From Balanoglossus misakiensis (Eukaryota; Animalia; Hemichordata): a stretch of DNA of 64,000 bases. Under the pieces are notes generated by a model that did not search any database, had not been told where the DNA came from, and saw only the letters and a list, made by a program, of their open reading frames with translations. Shown piece after piece: positions 12,601 through 23,800 of the stretch. Every line of letters begins with the position of its first letter. The first letter of the stretch is position 1. The stretch is from the NCBI GenBank assembly GCA_040954595.2, contig CM082584.2, positions 9,950,090 through 10,014,089 on the forward strand. The letters are read 5' to 3'. The position numbers were made by a program, and so were the translations under genes.

Positions 12601-15600
12601 ACTCTGGTTTCTGCCTTGGCTTTCTTTGCGTCCTGTTGCGTTGGAAATGGTTTCTCATATGTCATGGCACCTGTGGCTTGCAGCTTCATGGCAGCATCGA
12701 TGAACAGACCACTGTAGTCCACGGCTAGGATCTGTCATGCAATATGGTGATGTATTTTAGGTGCTGTATTACCAAGGGACTTGGGCAAACTATGGAACAG
12801 CGGGACGGGACAATGAACTTGACATCGATCCTCACCTCGTCAAATGTTCTCGACAGCTGGAAGGCCAAGCGACCTGGTCCACATCCAAAGTGGACGGCCG
12901 ATTTCTTGTTGGTGTTATACTTCTTGACCAGATGTTCACAGGTCTCTCTCAGCTTGGCGACGTAATTGTCAGTTTCGGCAAACTGCAGCGCGGTGATATC
13001 ATTCAAATGTTGTTGACTGTCGTAAAAGTACTGTGTGTTTGTGCTGGGCACGAATGCCTTCTCGATATTGTCGTGCTTGATGTTAAGTTGGTGCTCTGAA
13101 GAGAAATGAATTTAGCGAGAAAGAAACTATTGGGGTGGTGTTTGGGGAGGGCTTTGTGAGATTGAAGCAGGACAAGAAACACTGGGACATAACAGCATTG
13201 TGAGAACGTCAGGTTGGAGTCGTGGGAACAAGTGAAAATCTTACCTGTCATGCCGAGTCCAAATACAAACACTGGTGTACCAACCAGTCTTACTGGGAGA
13301 GGCTCATTTGCACTGACAGACCTGGCCATACGGAAACCAAGGTGTTGAAAGAAATGCCGACGGAACGAAAACCTGGCATAGCGCGAGGCTTCGTCTCCAG
13401 TGGAGACCCATGATCCACCCTGAAACGTTTCAATTAATAACTCGTCAATATATACACAGCCGAAATAAGTTTGCACTTAGGATACCTGTACATAGAAAAG
13501 AACAACTTCCTATTCACATTCCCTCTGTACAACTCAAAGAATTCTCATTGTACAACTTGCCTGCATCATGGTGTGTTTCCCATCAAAACATGGGGATGAG
13601 AAATCATCGTACAGGTATGATGTCTTGAACCCTGGCAGGCCGTTAAAGCTATCCTCTACCCACTCCCAGACATTCCCATGGACATCATGGAAACCTCTCT
13701 CAGTGGGTTGGTACATGTTGACAGGCTGAAACAAACAAACAATAAACGTATAATAAAGGCAAGCTGGGTAAAAAATTTACTGGTATAAACAGAGTGTCAA
13801 CACTTAAGAAATACAAATGATACAAATGAGTATTTTTGAAGCTCTCAAAATCTTTGTCAATGAAAATTGCACGCACACTGGTAAAGACTTGAAAACTGTA
13901 ACACATACGAAAAAGACTTGAACTACAGTTTACTCACAGTGGATGAGCCATAGACTAAGTTCAAATTAGCCTCTATATCATCGTTATAGATGATATCTGC
14001 CTCCACGCCGAGACTTGACGCTTTCTGCAATAAGAGTAGGAATTGATCAACAGTGATGAAAAATGAAATTCCGCACAGGTAAAGATCTCCTTATGTCCTG
14101 AAATTTGGCGTGTTCAAACAAAGTCAACATACCAGGGGTGACTGTGAAGTCATACTGACATGATCCTATTTCAAAACTTTCCTGGTGTAGTTTCAAATCC
14201 AGGGGCTCTCCAGAATTTTCTTGGAGCGTACAAACCCTTATATGATCGAGATTTAAATGTGAAGTAAAAAACATCATAAGTACCTGTGGACCTCTCATTG
14301 CGTGATGCTCAGCTTCCGTTGGCAGTCTATACTCAGGGCCCTTCCAGGCACAGTACGCTCTGGCCTCGTGATAGTTGACGTCCACTGGCCAGTCCCATGG
14401 CATGTTCATCACACTAAATATGGCACGGTATCTGAAAATGTCACGATCGAGGAGGGTTAAAGCGTTAGAGTGCAGCTACTGCTTAAAGAATTGGCCAATA
14501 TTGTTTTTCCCGGTATCTTCATTTTATGAAGTTTATACAATTCACATACCAACCTTCGGAGACATGTTTTAGCCCAACTATAAACAACACTCGCTGTGTC
14601 TTCAAACAGTGGATTCTAAAAGTGATTGCATATCACGTCAACTTACTTATACTCTGTATTCTCCATGCCATTGCCCACGCCATTGCTACCGTTCACTCCA
14701 TTGCTACCGTTCACTCCATTCTGACTGGTCAAGTTGTCACCACCATTGAAGACTTCCAATCTACAGGGTGTGTAGCCACCGAGCACCCCACCACAGCCCC
14801 CTTTGCATTCTGTCAGAGAAAGTCAAATTGAAGATAGCAGACACGCCGACTTATAACAGAGCAATCAACATGTAAAAATGCACAAAACACGATCCCTTCC
14901 TTTATTTTCATGGTAAAAAAAAGTGGGCTTAGTGTTATATGTTGGCCATCATCCAGTCAACAATACACGTGTCGTGAATATTAGGTTTAGTGAATTGATC
15001 TGTAATAATATGCAATGCTTATTTTAATGCATGTAAATGATGCAAATTAATTTAAGGATGTTTGATATCATTTTGTTTTCCTATTCCTGCAATATATTGA
15101 CTGCTCGAGTCCTAAAGAAGGAATGTGAAAATCTAACTCTAGGTGACGCTTATCATGAACCTCAAGTTTGAACAGAACTAGGAATTATCAATATGTATGA
15201 TGCATTTAATTCATACCTTGTGTGCAAACCCAGAAAGATGGATGGTTAGCTTGTCTGTACTCCTTCCATTCCCAGCCTTCTGCTGACCAATATTCTTTAT
15301 TGGTGTAACCGCCAGCTTTGACAAAGTCGTAGAATTCTCTGTTTGTTATCAGATACTTGGTAGCTTCAAAAGGAGGAACGCTGTAAAAAATAATAATCAC
15401 TTTACGAACGTTGATCAATTTGGAATGTTTTTAAGAGTTATTCTCAAAAACGATATGGATTAGTCAGACGAGTCCATTTCAGATGAAGCCTGTTAAGGAC
15501 AGTCATGATCTACAGGTAGAATACACCCACTTTGAAGCTGCAGTGAATACAGTATCCACTGCACATCAACTTACCTTGTCTCCAACTCAGGATATTCATT

Positions 15601-18600
15601 GTCCCATCCATAGGAGGGAAAGTCAAAGGGTTTGCCGACAGTCACGTTGCACTTTTCAACACGGATCAATGTGTTCTTTGGAACCCCATTACCTGTCAGT
15701 TGACAAACAATAAACTTGGGTGACACATGGAATTGAACACGGGGCTTTATAACAATGAACTGATTGTCCGATAGGTTTAACGGAGGTTAAGATGTCACTG
15801 ATATCTCAACCTTGACCATGGCAGCACACCAAGAATATGTCGAATAATATGGTTGGCCTACGCAGTCAACCATGGTCTATCTAAGTATACACATACAAGA
15901 CTATTATTGTTCACCTGGTCCATATCTGATTGACTATGGTCAACCATGGTAGGGATGATGGTATTGTCATCATAAACCTTGCATTTTAGACCAAGGTCAA
16001 TCATGGACATAATAGCCGCCTGCTGGGAAGACCATGATTGTGGCATCGTCACAAACCACGACCTTGATCTTTACGGCAATAGTTTCAGAGTTGCCTTAAG
16101 TGGACTCTGGCTCGCGAGAATTGGGTTGTGGACCATGGTCGGCAACCTGACTATGGTCTGGATATGTAACTGGCTTGCAACAGCGGTTTTAATGTAAAAT
16201 ATTCTCAGTGGGTAACATCAAAGCTCAAGCAAACAAAATAATATTTCAACGATCGACGGACGTGACAAAAGTACAGTATTTGCGTTGGATGACACTTGGA
16301 TATTGTGCATGTTTGCCATAACGACAGAGAATATTAACAAAGAACTATACATTTGTAGCGATGACTCGGCAAAATCGTTTTATATACATCAGCAAAGTCT
16401 TTTTTTACTACACCATAATGATTCAGCATGTCTTGATCCTTCATACATGTATGTACAAGTGTAGTTTCTGTTTGGTATGTGTCACTTGCATATTGTGTAT
16501 GTTTGCCATTTTGACAGAGAATAAACAGAGAACTTATAATAATGGTGAGCGGAGGATTAGATTACAAAGCACATATTGGTGACTCAAACTCTGGTTTTAT
16601 TCTGCATAAATGATTCAGCAGTCTTGATACTTCTTCATATGTAAAGTGTTTATTCTTCTGTTGGGTACATGTGCATGTTTGCAAAAATATGACACAGACT
16701 TGCAATGGTGACTCAGCAAAATCTTGTTTTAATAATTTACCCAGACCAATTTGTGCAGTAGTGTAGTTTCTGTTTGGCATTGTGTGTCACTTGCATACTG
16801 TGTCCGTTTGCTATTACAACAATTGATCTGTGTGGCCAGTGACTCGGCAAATTCTTGAATGAAGACTTGAGCACAATAACTCAGCTGATTTGATCCTTCG
16901 TATGTAAAGCACACAATAACATTCTCAATAGGTGATATGACCTGGGGCACCTGGTACCGATTTCAACTGCACATAAACAAAGAATGCTGGGTGTGGTTTT
17001 GTAGTGAATCCAGATGACAGCTGCCAATACTTAGACAAACATGGCAACTGCTATTTCATTGCATAAACACCAGATTTCAATGGTTCACAAGTTGGTATGC
17101 AGGGCCTGTCAGGGCTGTTTGTGTGTTTTTTAAGATGTCACGTATGTAAGATAGAGCACGTACCTACACATATTTCGTTAGACCAGATCTTCAGGGAGCT
17201 TAAAGGATGCTCACTCAAAATGCCAAAAGCAAAAGTCAAATTACTTGGGACCGAGGAATGCCCTGCTGTGATGCCAATTAACCTTTGTGTTTTTTTTTAT
17301 TCATCGTGAATATTTTTCTTTTACCGATTGTGATCGTACTGCCTAAAATGCCAATTAACCTTTGTTTTTTCTTTATATTCATCGTGAATATTTTTTCTCT
17401 TTCTGATTGTTATTGTATCGTCTAAACCAATGAAAAATGCTCACCTGAAGACAGCGGTGCATACTTCCAGTTTCTGGGCGGCTTGACCAGTTCAACCGGG
17501 AGCTGTCTGATGAGAACTGAGGAGGTTTCAATGTGTATTCGTTCGTGTTCAATTCCCATGAACACAGCCCACTGTAATGCAGCATGAATGCACTGTGAGT
17601 TAAAATGTCTACAACCATCTTTAGAGGTCAAGGCTTAGGAAAACAATGGGTTTAGACTTGACCATGATGGTGAAAGGGTTAAAAGGGATAAGTCTGTCTG
17701 CATGTGTGCAGTACTACTTAGAGTCTCAGCCACCATTGTTTTATGTGCACTTTCTCGTATTTGTCACAAACCTACATAAACCCATGTTTCATTAATTTGA
17801 AACGTATGAAAGCCAATCACAAGACAGCCAGGGTTCTATACCTACCCACGGGCTTTCTTGATTGATTGGCAATTGCAGGGGTGTGTCTTCGATAACTTTC
17901 AGAACAAGATTTTTCACTTTTCTTCGGTACTCTGTCACTTCTTTGATGCTGGGCCACTTGAAACTTCCACCCATACGGTAGTTTTCCTACACCAAGACAC
18001 AAAATTAATGTAGACAAGTTTAATTTATAGAAAAAATCTGTACATTCACATTCCCATTGACTATATCAATTAACACTTTTCATTACTTCTATCACAAACG
18101 GTCTATAGTTCTATAACTTACATATTGTTGTTGGTATGAATGAATCCATCATCTTGATATTTAACTCTACAAAAAAGTCTGTATTACTGCAGTTGCATTA
18201 ACCAAAGCCTGCACTCAATCGCCACTGTAACTCATATTCCAGTAAGGTTTTCCATAATGTTTTTCGTGCTAGAATTTTGATTTTTGATGACTATTACTAG
18301 AAATACCAGAATGCACAGTCGTGTATGGATCATGAAAATGACCGGTTGTTGTTGTCACAGTGAGGAGTGTACAAAATCGCAAACCACGCATTTTTTACAA
18401 AAATACTTGTTTTTCCATGACTACTGTATTAATAACTCACCGTGTCATCCCAAGACATCTCATCAACACCAGTTTCAAAGAGTGTCTCAAACTCAAAGTT
18501 CACACGTTCCTAAACAATGGCACAAAAAAGCATTATTCAACAATAGGCAGTCTCAAATTAAATCCTTATAAAGATCACAAAGAAATAATGAAGGTGAGAT

Positions 18601-20802
18601 ACCGATTTCACCTCATCCGTTCCCCCCCCCCCCCACACACAAATTAAAACTGAAATTACACAAAAAAATCATCAAATACTGAAGAAAAAAAACAGCAGAT
18701 ATACCTGTACTGATGATAATGATGATTGATGACAATAAATTTACAAATCAAAGAAAACACCGAACTTTCATCACGTTGTCTTACCTCTATAAGCCCAGCT
18801 AAAAGAAGCTTATTCACATAAACTGTGGCTGTGTGGGCATAGTAGAATATTAATGGTAGTCGCAGCCTATCGGGACATTTGTAGAATACTGAATCATCTG
18901 GTGCATAGAAATAACAAAACAAAATTAATTGAAAGACTCAAGAAATCAATGCTGGCACAGCAATGTATAGCTTTGTGGGACAGACTTATTTTCAAGTCCA
19001 AATTGCATGTTGTGTTTCTTGTGTCACTAGTTCACAAGGGCATTAGGACCAAAACCAGCCTGCCAAAATCCAGTAATCTCAAAAAGGGTTTTAATTCCAT
19101 CAATTGAATGATGTTGCCCAATACTAGTATATCAAGATAGCACAAACTATGACAATTATCCCAAAAGTTGCAGCTCATGGAGAATTAAACATCAGAAACG
19201 AGAAAACGTACACGTAGATCGATGAATAAAGATATTATTTTGAGGCACAGATCGTTGTGTAAAAAATATTTTCGTAACTCTGTAATATCCTGCAGCAGTA
19301 CATGTACAAAATTGTACGTTCATGTCTGAACATGTTGTGTGTATGGTTACACAGAATATGGCAGAATTACATTGAAATTGATATTTCTGAGACAGGTCAG
19401 GGCTTCCAACATGCCTGATTCTTGCCCAAGACATGCAGCCTTGCCCAGGCTTGATTGGATCAGTAGCACAGACGAGGTCAAAGTGCATTGTATACTGTAC
19501 GCTACAGTAATCGAAAGTACTGGGTAATAACTTTTACAGCTATGCTGGGCTGGGCACTCGACTGAGCATGCGTGGTGATGCAGTGAAATGTGGTACATAC
19601 ATGTACTAAGAGCTGAATTTGATTATTTTTGTGCGATTTGGTAGGCCCAGAAAGCAGTACTATATGTACTAAAGAGAAAGTGGACCAGTCGAGCACCACT
19701 TAGAGGTATACAGCCACCTTTAATTTACATATGCCTATATATGGCCAAAAGGGCGTGTCCAAGTTGCAAACGACCACGTGGTGTCGCACTGAAAATCTGT
19801 AATTGGCTGTATAATTCTCCATGGGAACAGTGGTTAAATTAGTGGTTTAACATTCACATAGTTGTACAGAGAAGAATTTGGGTTGTGTTTTGTTCAGGGT
19901 GATGCATTCTTTATCACTGAAGCATATTCCAACAAAACCAGCCTTGTCCACACATTGAACAATGATTACACTGTGTTAAGTGATAGCATCAGGTCATTCA
20001 GTTGTGGAGACGATCCCTCTTAACCTTGGGATAGGTCACTGTGTTCTAATTCTGTTGCTGCCACCTCTCATACATCTGACCAGCTACATGTACCAACTTT
20101 CAAAACTTGCACTTAGGCCAGGACAACCGACCAATCGGACAACATCTTACAAGGAATATTATATTAAATTTGTAGACCGTCAATATGAGTTTGTGTGCAA
20201 TATAACTGATACTCATCTTACGAAGGTTGGTGAAGTACAGCAATGAAACGCGCATCATGCACATATATAGAATTGTGCGCAACTGTGCTCTGAAGTTGAA
20301 ATTGTAAATTAACAAGGTGTGAACAGATGGCAGCTTGGCATGGCCACCATACACATAAATTGTGTGTGACGTATTTGTTTACAACCCAATCTAATTGGCA
20401 ACTGAGAAACAGGAATCTGTGGTAGCTGGTCAGGTACTGGAAATGGCAAAACAAAAACAGCAAATACTTAAAATTGGTTTAAATACTGCATATCTGCTTT
20501 CGAAGACAAATGGCCAACGCTTGCTTACCTTTCAGACCTGTGTACAAGCTCTCATTGAGTTCATAGGAGTTTTCAAAGTATGCCCTGATCTCACTGAAAT
20601 GTGACAAAAGGATAACAAAATGTGATGGTGGAACAGAACATGAAGAGACTCAGTCTCTCCTGGGACATTCACAATTAAATGGTATTGGCGATACCCTTGA
20701 ACTTTAAAATTGCTGATTTACTCACTCTTTGGTGGTGTTGGACAAATCCACAGGTTTCATCGATGTCAGGCAGTATTTTCCCGTTAGTAGCAGTTCCTCC
20801 AT
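9666..20802 (-). CDS. ovoA: OvoA, 5-histidylcysteine sulfoxide synthase / methyltransferase of ovothiol biosynthesis (DinB-like + FGE-sulfatase + SAM-MTase-like domains), ~776 aa, 18 coding exons
   Basis: Phase-consistent exons (5'->3'): 20802-20726, 20593-20529, 18897-18785, 18509-18441, 17986-17846, 17571-17445, 15692-15575, 15380-15217, 14809-14647, 14431-14284, 14024-13938, 13725-13561, 13419-13245, 13095-12836, 12731-12549, 12404-12326, 9992-9887, 9756-9666 (total 2331 nt). Diagnostic motifs: RLPLIFYYAHTA, FETGVDEMSWDD, iron-binding HERIHIE (H-X3-H-X-E), YGWDNEY, PWDWPVDVNYHEA, RLPTEAE, GNVWEW, YDDFS, GGSW..TG, FRRHFFQHLGFR, FGCGPGR. A spliced 5' UTR exon must lie upstream (acceptor at 20828) but I could not place it. 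Confidence 0.96.
10298..10450. mobile_element. TTAA-flanked MITE (Kolobok/piggyBac-type non-autonomous DNA transposon) in an ovoA intron
   Basis: ttaa-agtggaacgtt ... aacgttccact-ttaa: a perfect 11-bp terminal inverted repeat with TTAA on both sides. Confidence 0.75.
11990..12170. mobile_element. Tc1/mariner-pogo-type MITE in an ovoA intron
   Basis: Starts TA-CAGTAAAAC. Inverted repeat catgtctaaaccgaac (12004-12019) / gttcggtttagacatg (12150-12165), with an internal repeated aaagggactg. The right terminus is decayed. Confidence 0.65.
15810..16160. repeat. Degenerate repeat built from gaccatggtc/gactatggtc motifs
   Basis: About ten recurrences of gac(c/t)atgg(tc)-like words in 350 bp of intron. 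Confidence 0.55.
16290..16910. repeat. Degenerate intronic tandem repeat (3-4 units of ~130-190 bp)
   Basis: Recurring blocks: gtg(c/t)atgtttgc, tgactc(g/a)gcaaa, aatgattcagca.gtcttgat and agtgtagtttctgtttgg...tgtgtcacttgcata. Confidence 0.7.
17271..17426. repeat. ~77-bp tandem duplication
   Basis: atgccaattaacctttgt...tattcatcgtgaatattttt occurs at 17271 and 17348. Confidence 0.85.
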
Positions 20803-23800
20803 GATGTTCTTCAATCAGTAACGATTTCTATGAAAATAACAAAACCAATATTGTCATTTCTGCTAATTCAAGGAAACAACTTCTGTTTAAACTCTTCTAG
20901 GTAGATGATAGCGTGGGCCATTTATTGATTTGCAAAACAATCATCTATAAATCTAATTACTGCCATGGTATTATTTTTGTAACATGACATTTTATAAACA
21001 TTAATACCATCAATCTAGCTGTCACTAAAGCCAATTAATTTTAGTAATTAAATTTCGTGCAATTTCATGTCAGAACATGTTCCCAGGGGCAAGTTGCCCC
21101 AGGTTTGTATAGAAAAAAATGATAAATATCATACAAAAGCTGAGCTAATGGTGGTTTCATGCACAGACCTTCTTGTTGTTTATTAATTGGTGCAGTATAG
21201 GTCAGAGTTTGATGGAAAACAACTTGGTTGACTACATTTAACTAATGACCTAAGGCACAATGACACTGCAGTTTTTCCATCAGAAGCCCAAGTATGCTCA
21301 ATAATTAGGGTACGCACAACTATCTGACATTAATGACAGTACCATACTCTTTGAATGAAGTCTGATGAAGTCTTAGTATCTCAGAGCTTTGACCAACGTC
21401 TAACTTTATCTCATTTGCTCAGTACAAAGGTAATGGATGATTATCACATCCATGGTTCAAAAGGTAAATGATGTCCTTGTATTTTTAGTTTGGGATGGCA
21501 ATCAGTGGTGCAGCTGGACCACAGATGCAATTTTCATGGGGGCTAAAAAAAGTTCTGAAATTGGGAACCTGTCTTTACAGGCATTTCAAACCTTAAAACA
21601 TGTTCTAGTTCTTGTGTTCCAATTTTTGTTTTGTTTTGGCGCCCTAGTTTGTTTTTGAAGCTGTTACTCCAGTAATGATTCATGACTTTTGGCCGAGATG
21701 GCAGCTTGGACTTTGGAAACAGAAGTTAATAGTAACCAAATGTGAAGTGTGAAATGACTATTTTGAGCATAAAATATGCATTTTCCGTCACTGAAGAATT
21801 ATAAACAAGGTCAGGTCAAGGACTGTTTTTTGTTTGTATGGCACACATCAACACGTGAGTGCACGATTCCACAGGTCAACCAGTACGTATTGGGATTGGT
21901 ACGAGTGTCGATACAAGACCAATCTTGCCTACAACTACTGCTTCTGATTGACCTTTGACATTTGCCCTTCCACGGATGACTGAATGAATGAATGATGAAT
22001 GAATGAATGGAATTTCACACACCAGTAACACTGTTCCGACCCCATTCAATGAATGGTTGTAATTAGAAATATGAAATAAAATATTAACGATGATTGCCAA
22101 TTTAATTTTAATACAAGAATATGGGCTAATACCAGTAAAATATATTGCAAAGCTGACAGGATTGTTTCTTGCGGTATTAAGCGCCAGTGGCTTATTCCAA
22201 CCAATTACAGTCTTGTCAATTTTGATCATTTGCATGGAAGGGGGGTACGAATTTTACCATTTTTGAAATAACCTAGAAGTCCGGCTACTTTCACTTTCCC
22301 TTTTGAAACAAAACCTTGGAGACAGTTTCACTTTCATTTCTTGTTCGGTTCCTTCCTCGTAAGGACGAATGTCAACAAAACTTACCATGGAAACAAATTG
22401 ACCATACAAAGTTGAGTGGGGGGAATTTTTGTAAAAGTCTTTTATTTCACCTTTTGATAAATACATGCTCAACCATGCAGGTACAAAGGAGTTAATTGCA
22501 ATTATTAAGTCACGACTCACTGCTGATTACCATTATAACTCTGAGGATGTTGTTATTATTACATGGTACACGTACACCAGAGTTTCGTATTTGTAGGTGA
22601 ACCTCTTTGAATTGTTTTTAATACACTAATATTAAACCAACTCTCATTTTATTGGTGTAAATTATTCATCTCTGTGATCTAGGCATTGAAAAATTCTGTG
22701 AGTTGTCTGGTCTGATACTAGAACCCATACAGAAGAATACCATACTGCAAACGCCCATCCTGGAAGTCGGACAGCTCAATAGATAGTTGACAGAGGAAGC
22801 ATATGACAACATCACTTTCCTCTACTTTGGGATAGTAGTATATGTGTGCAGCAGTAGCATACCTCCATCATTGCTCTGATATAAAAATATGTTTGTCCTT
22901 AATTGATATTTAAACTGCAATTATATCCTCTGCAGTTCCATCTGTTTTGGCAGAGAATTTATGCTATATATATATGTCAAAGTCTGGTCTAGGCACTTAA
23001 TATATATCAGATTTCTACCCTCATTTTTTTAAAATTAATACATCTTTCTATATTTTTGGATGTTGTTGTAAAAGGTGGCTACGACTGAAAAGTGTTTTTA
23101 TTATAATGAAGTACCGATTTCAACCTCTAGCTCTGTCTGAATATTGGGGAGACACATTGCATTCATTCACCTCAGAGCATCTTTGTCTTTTTTAACTATT
23201 CATTCAGTTGTACACAATTAGGTTTTTTACTCTTTAACTCAGTCTTGTATTGTGTGCACATCACATAATAGCGTAGTGTTCTTTCACGTATAAAAGCTGT
23301 CTGAGTGGGCCAGGCTACTGCCTTGACAAAGTTTGAAAAGTTTCCACAGACATGTGGTAATCAATGATCAGAGTCGTTACATAACACAAAGGATGAGTTT
23401 ACACTGTTATGACACTCCAAACATGACCCCTGACCTTGGAAATGCAGGGGGGGGTCATAATAAACAACTATAAAAGGGCAATCTGCACACCTCTTTTATC
23501 AGCTGTATCTGACATGAACAGATTAACTTGATAAAGATTTCAATGGAAAACAGAGATTTGCAGCTTCATAATTATTCAATGTCAACGTAACCTTCAGCAA
23601 AAACCAGATAGAGATTGAAATTTGCCCCTTATAATGAATGTGTTTGTATTATCTCACTCAGCCATGCCCGGGCCAAGGCACCACACTACTGGTGACTGTC
23701 AATAATGGCTTATAGCCTTTTCATGGAGATGAAAATTTACTGCTCCCAGAATGTGTATGAATGCAAAAGTACAGCCGTGGAAAGATTTCCATTGAGAAGT

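Noticed and set aside
9666-20802. Annotation as ergothioneine synthase EgtB/Egt1 or as a bacterial contaminant
   Set aside because: The C-terminal methyltransferase position and the GVDEMSWDD/RRHFFQH motifs indicate OvoA. Seventeen spliceosomal introns show it is a resident animal gene.
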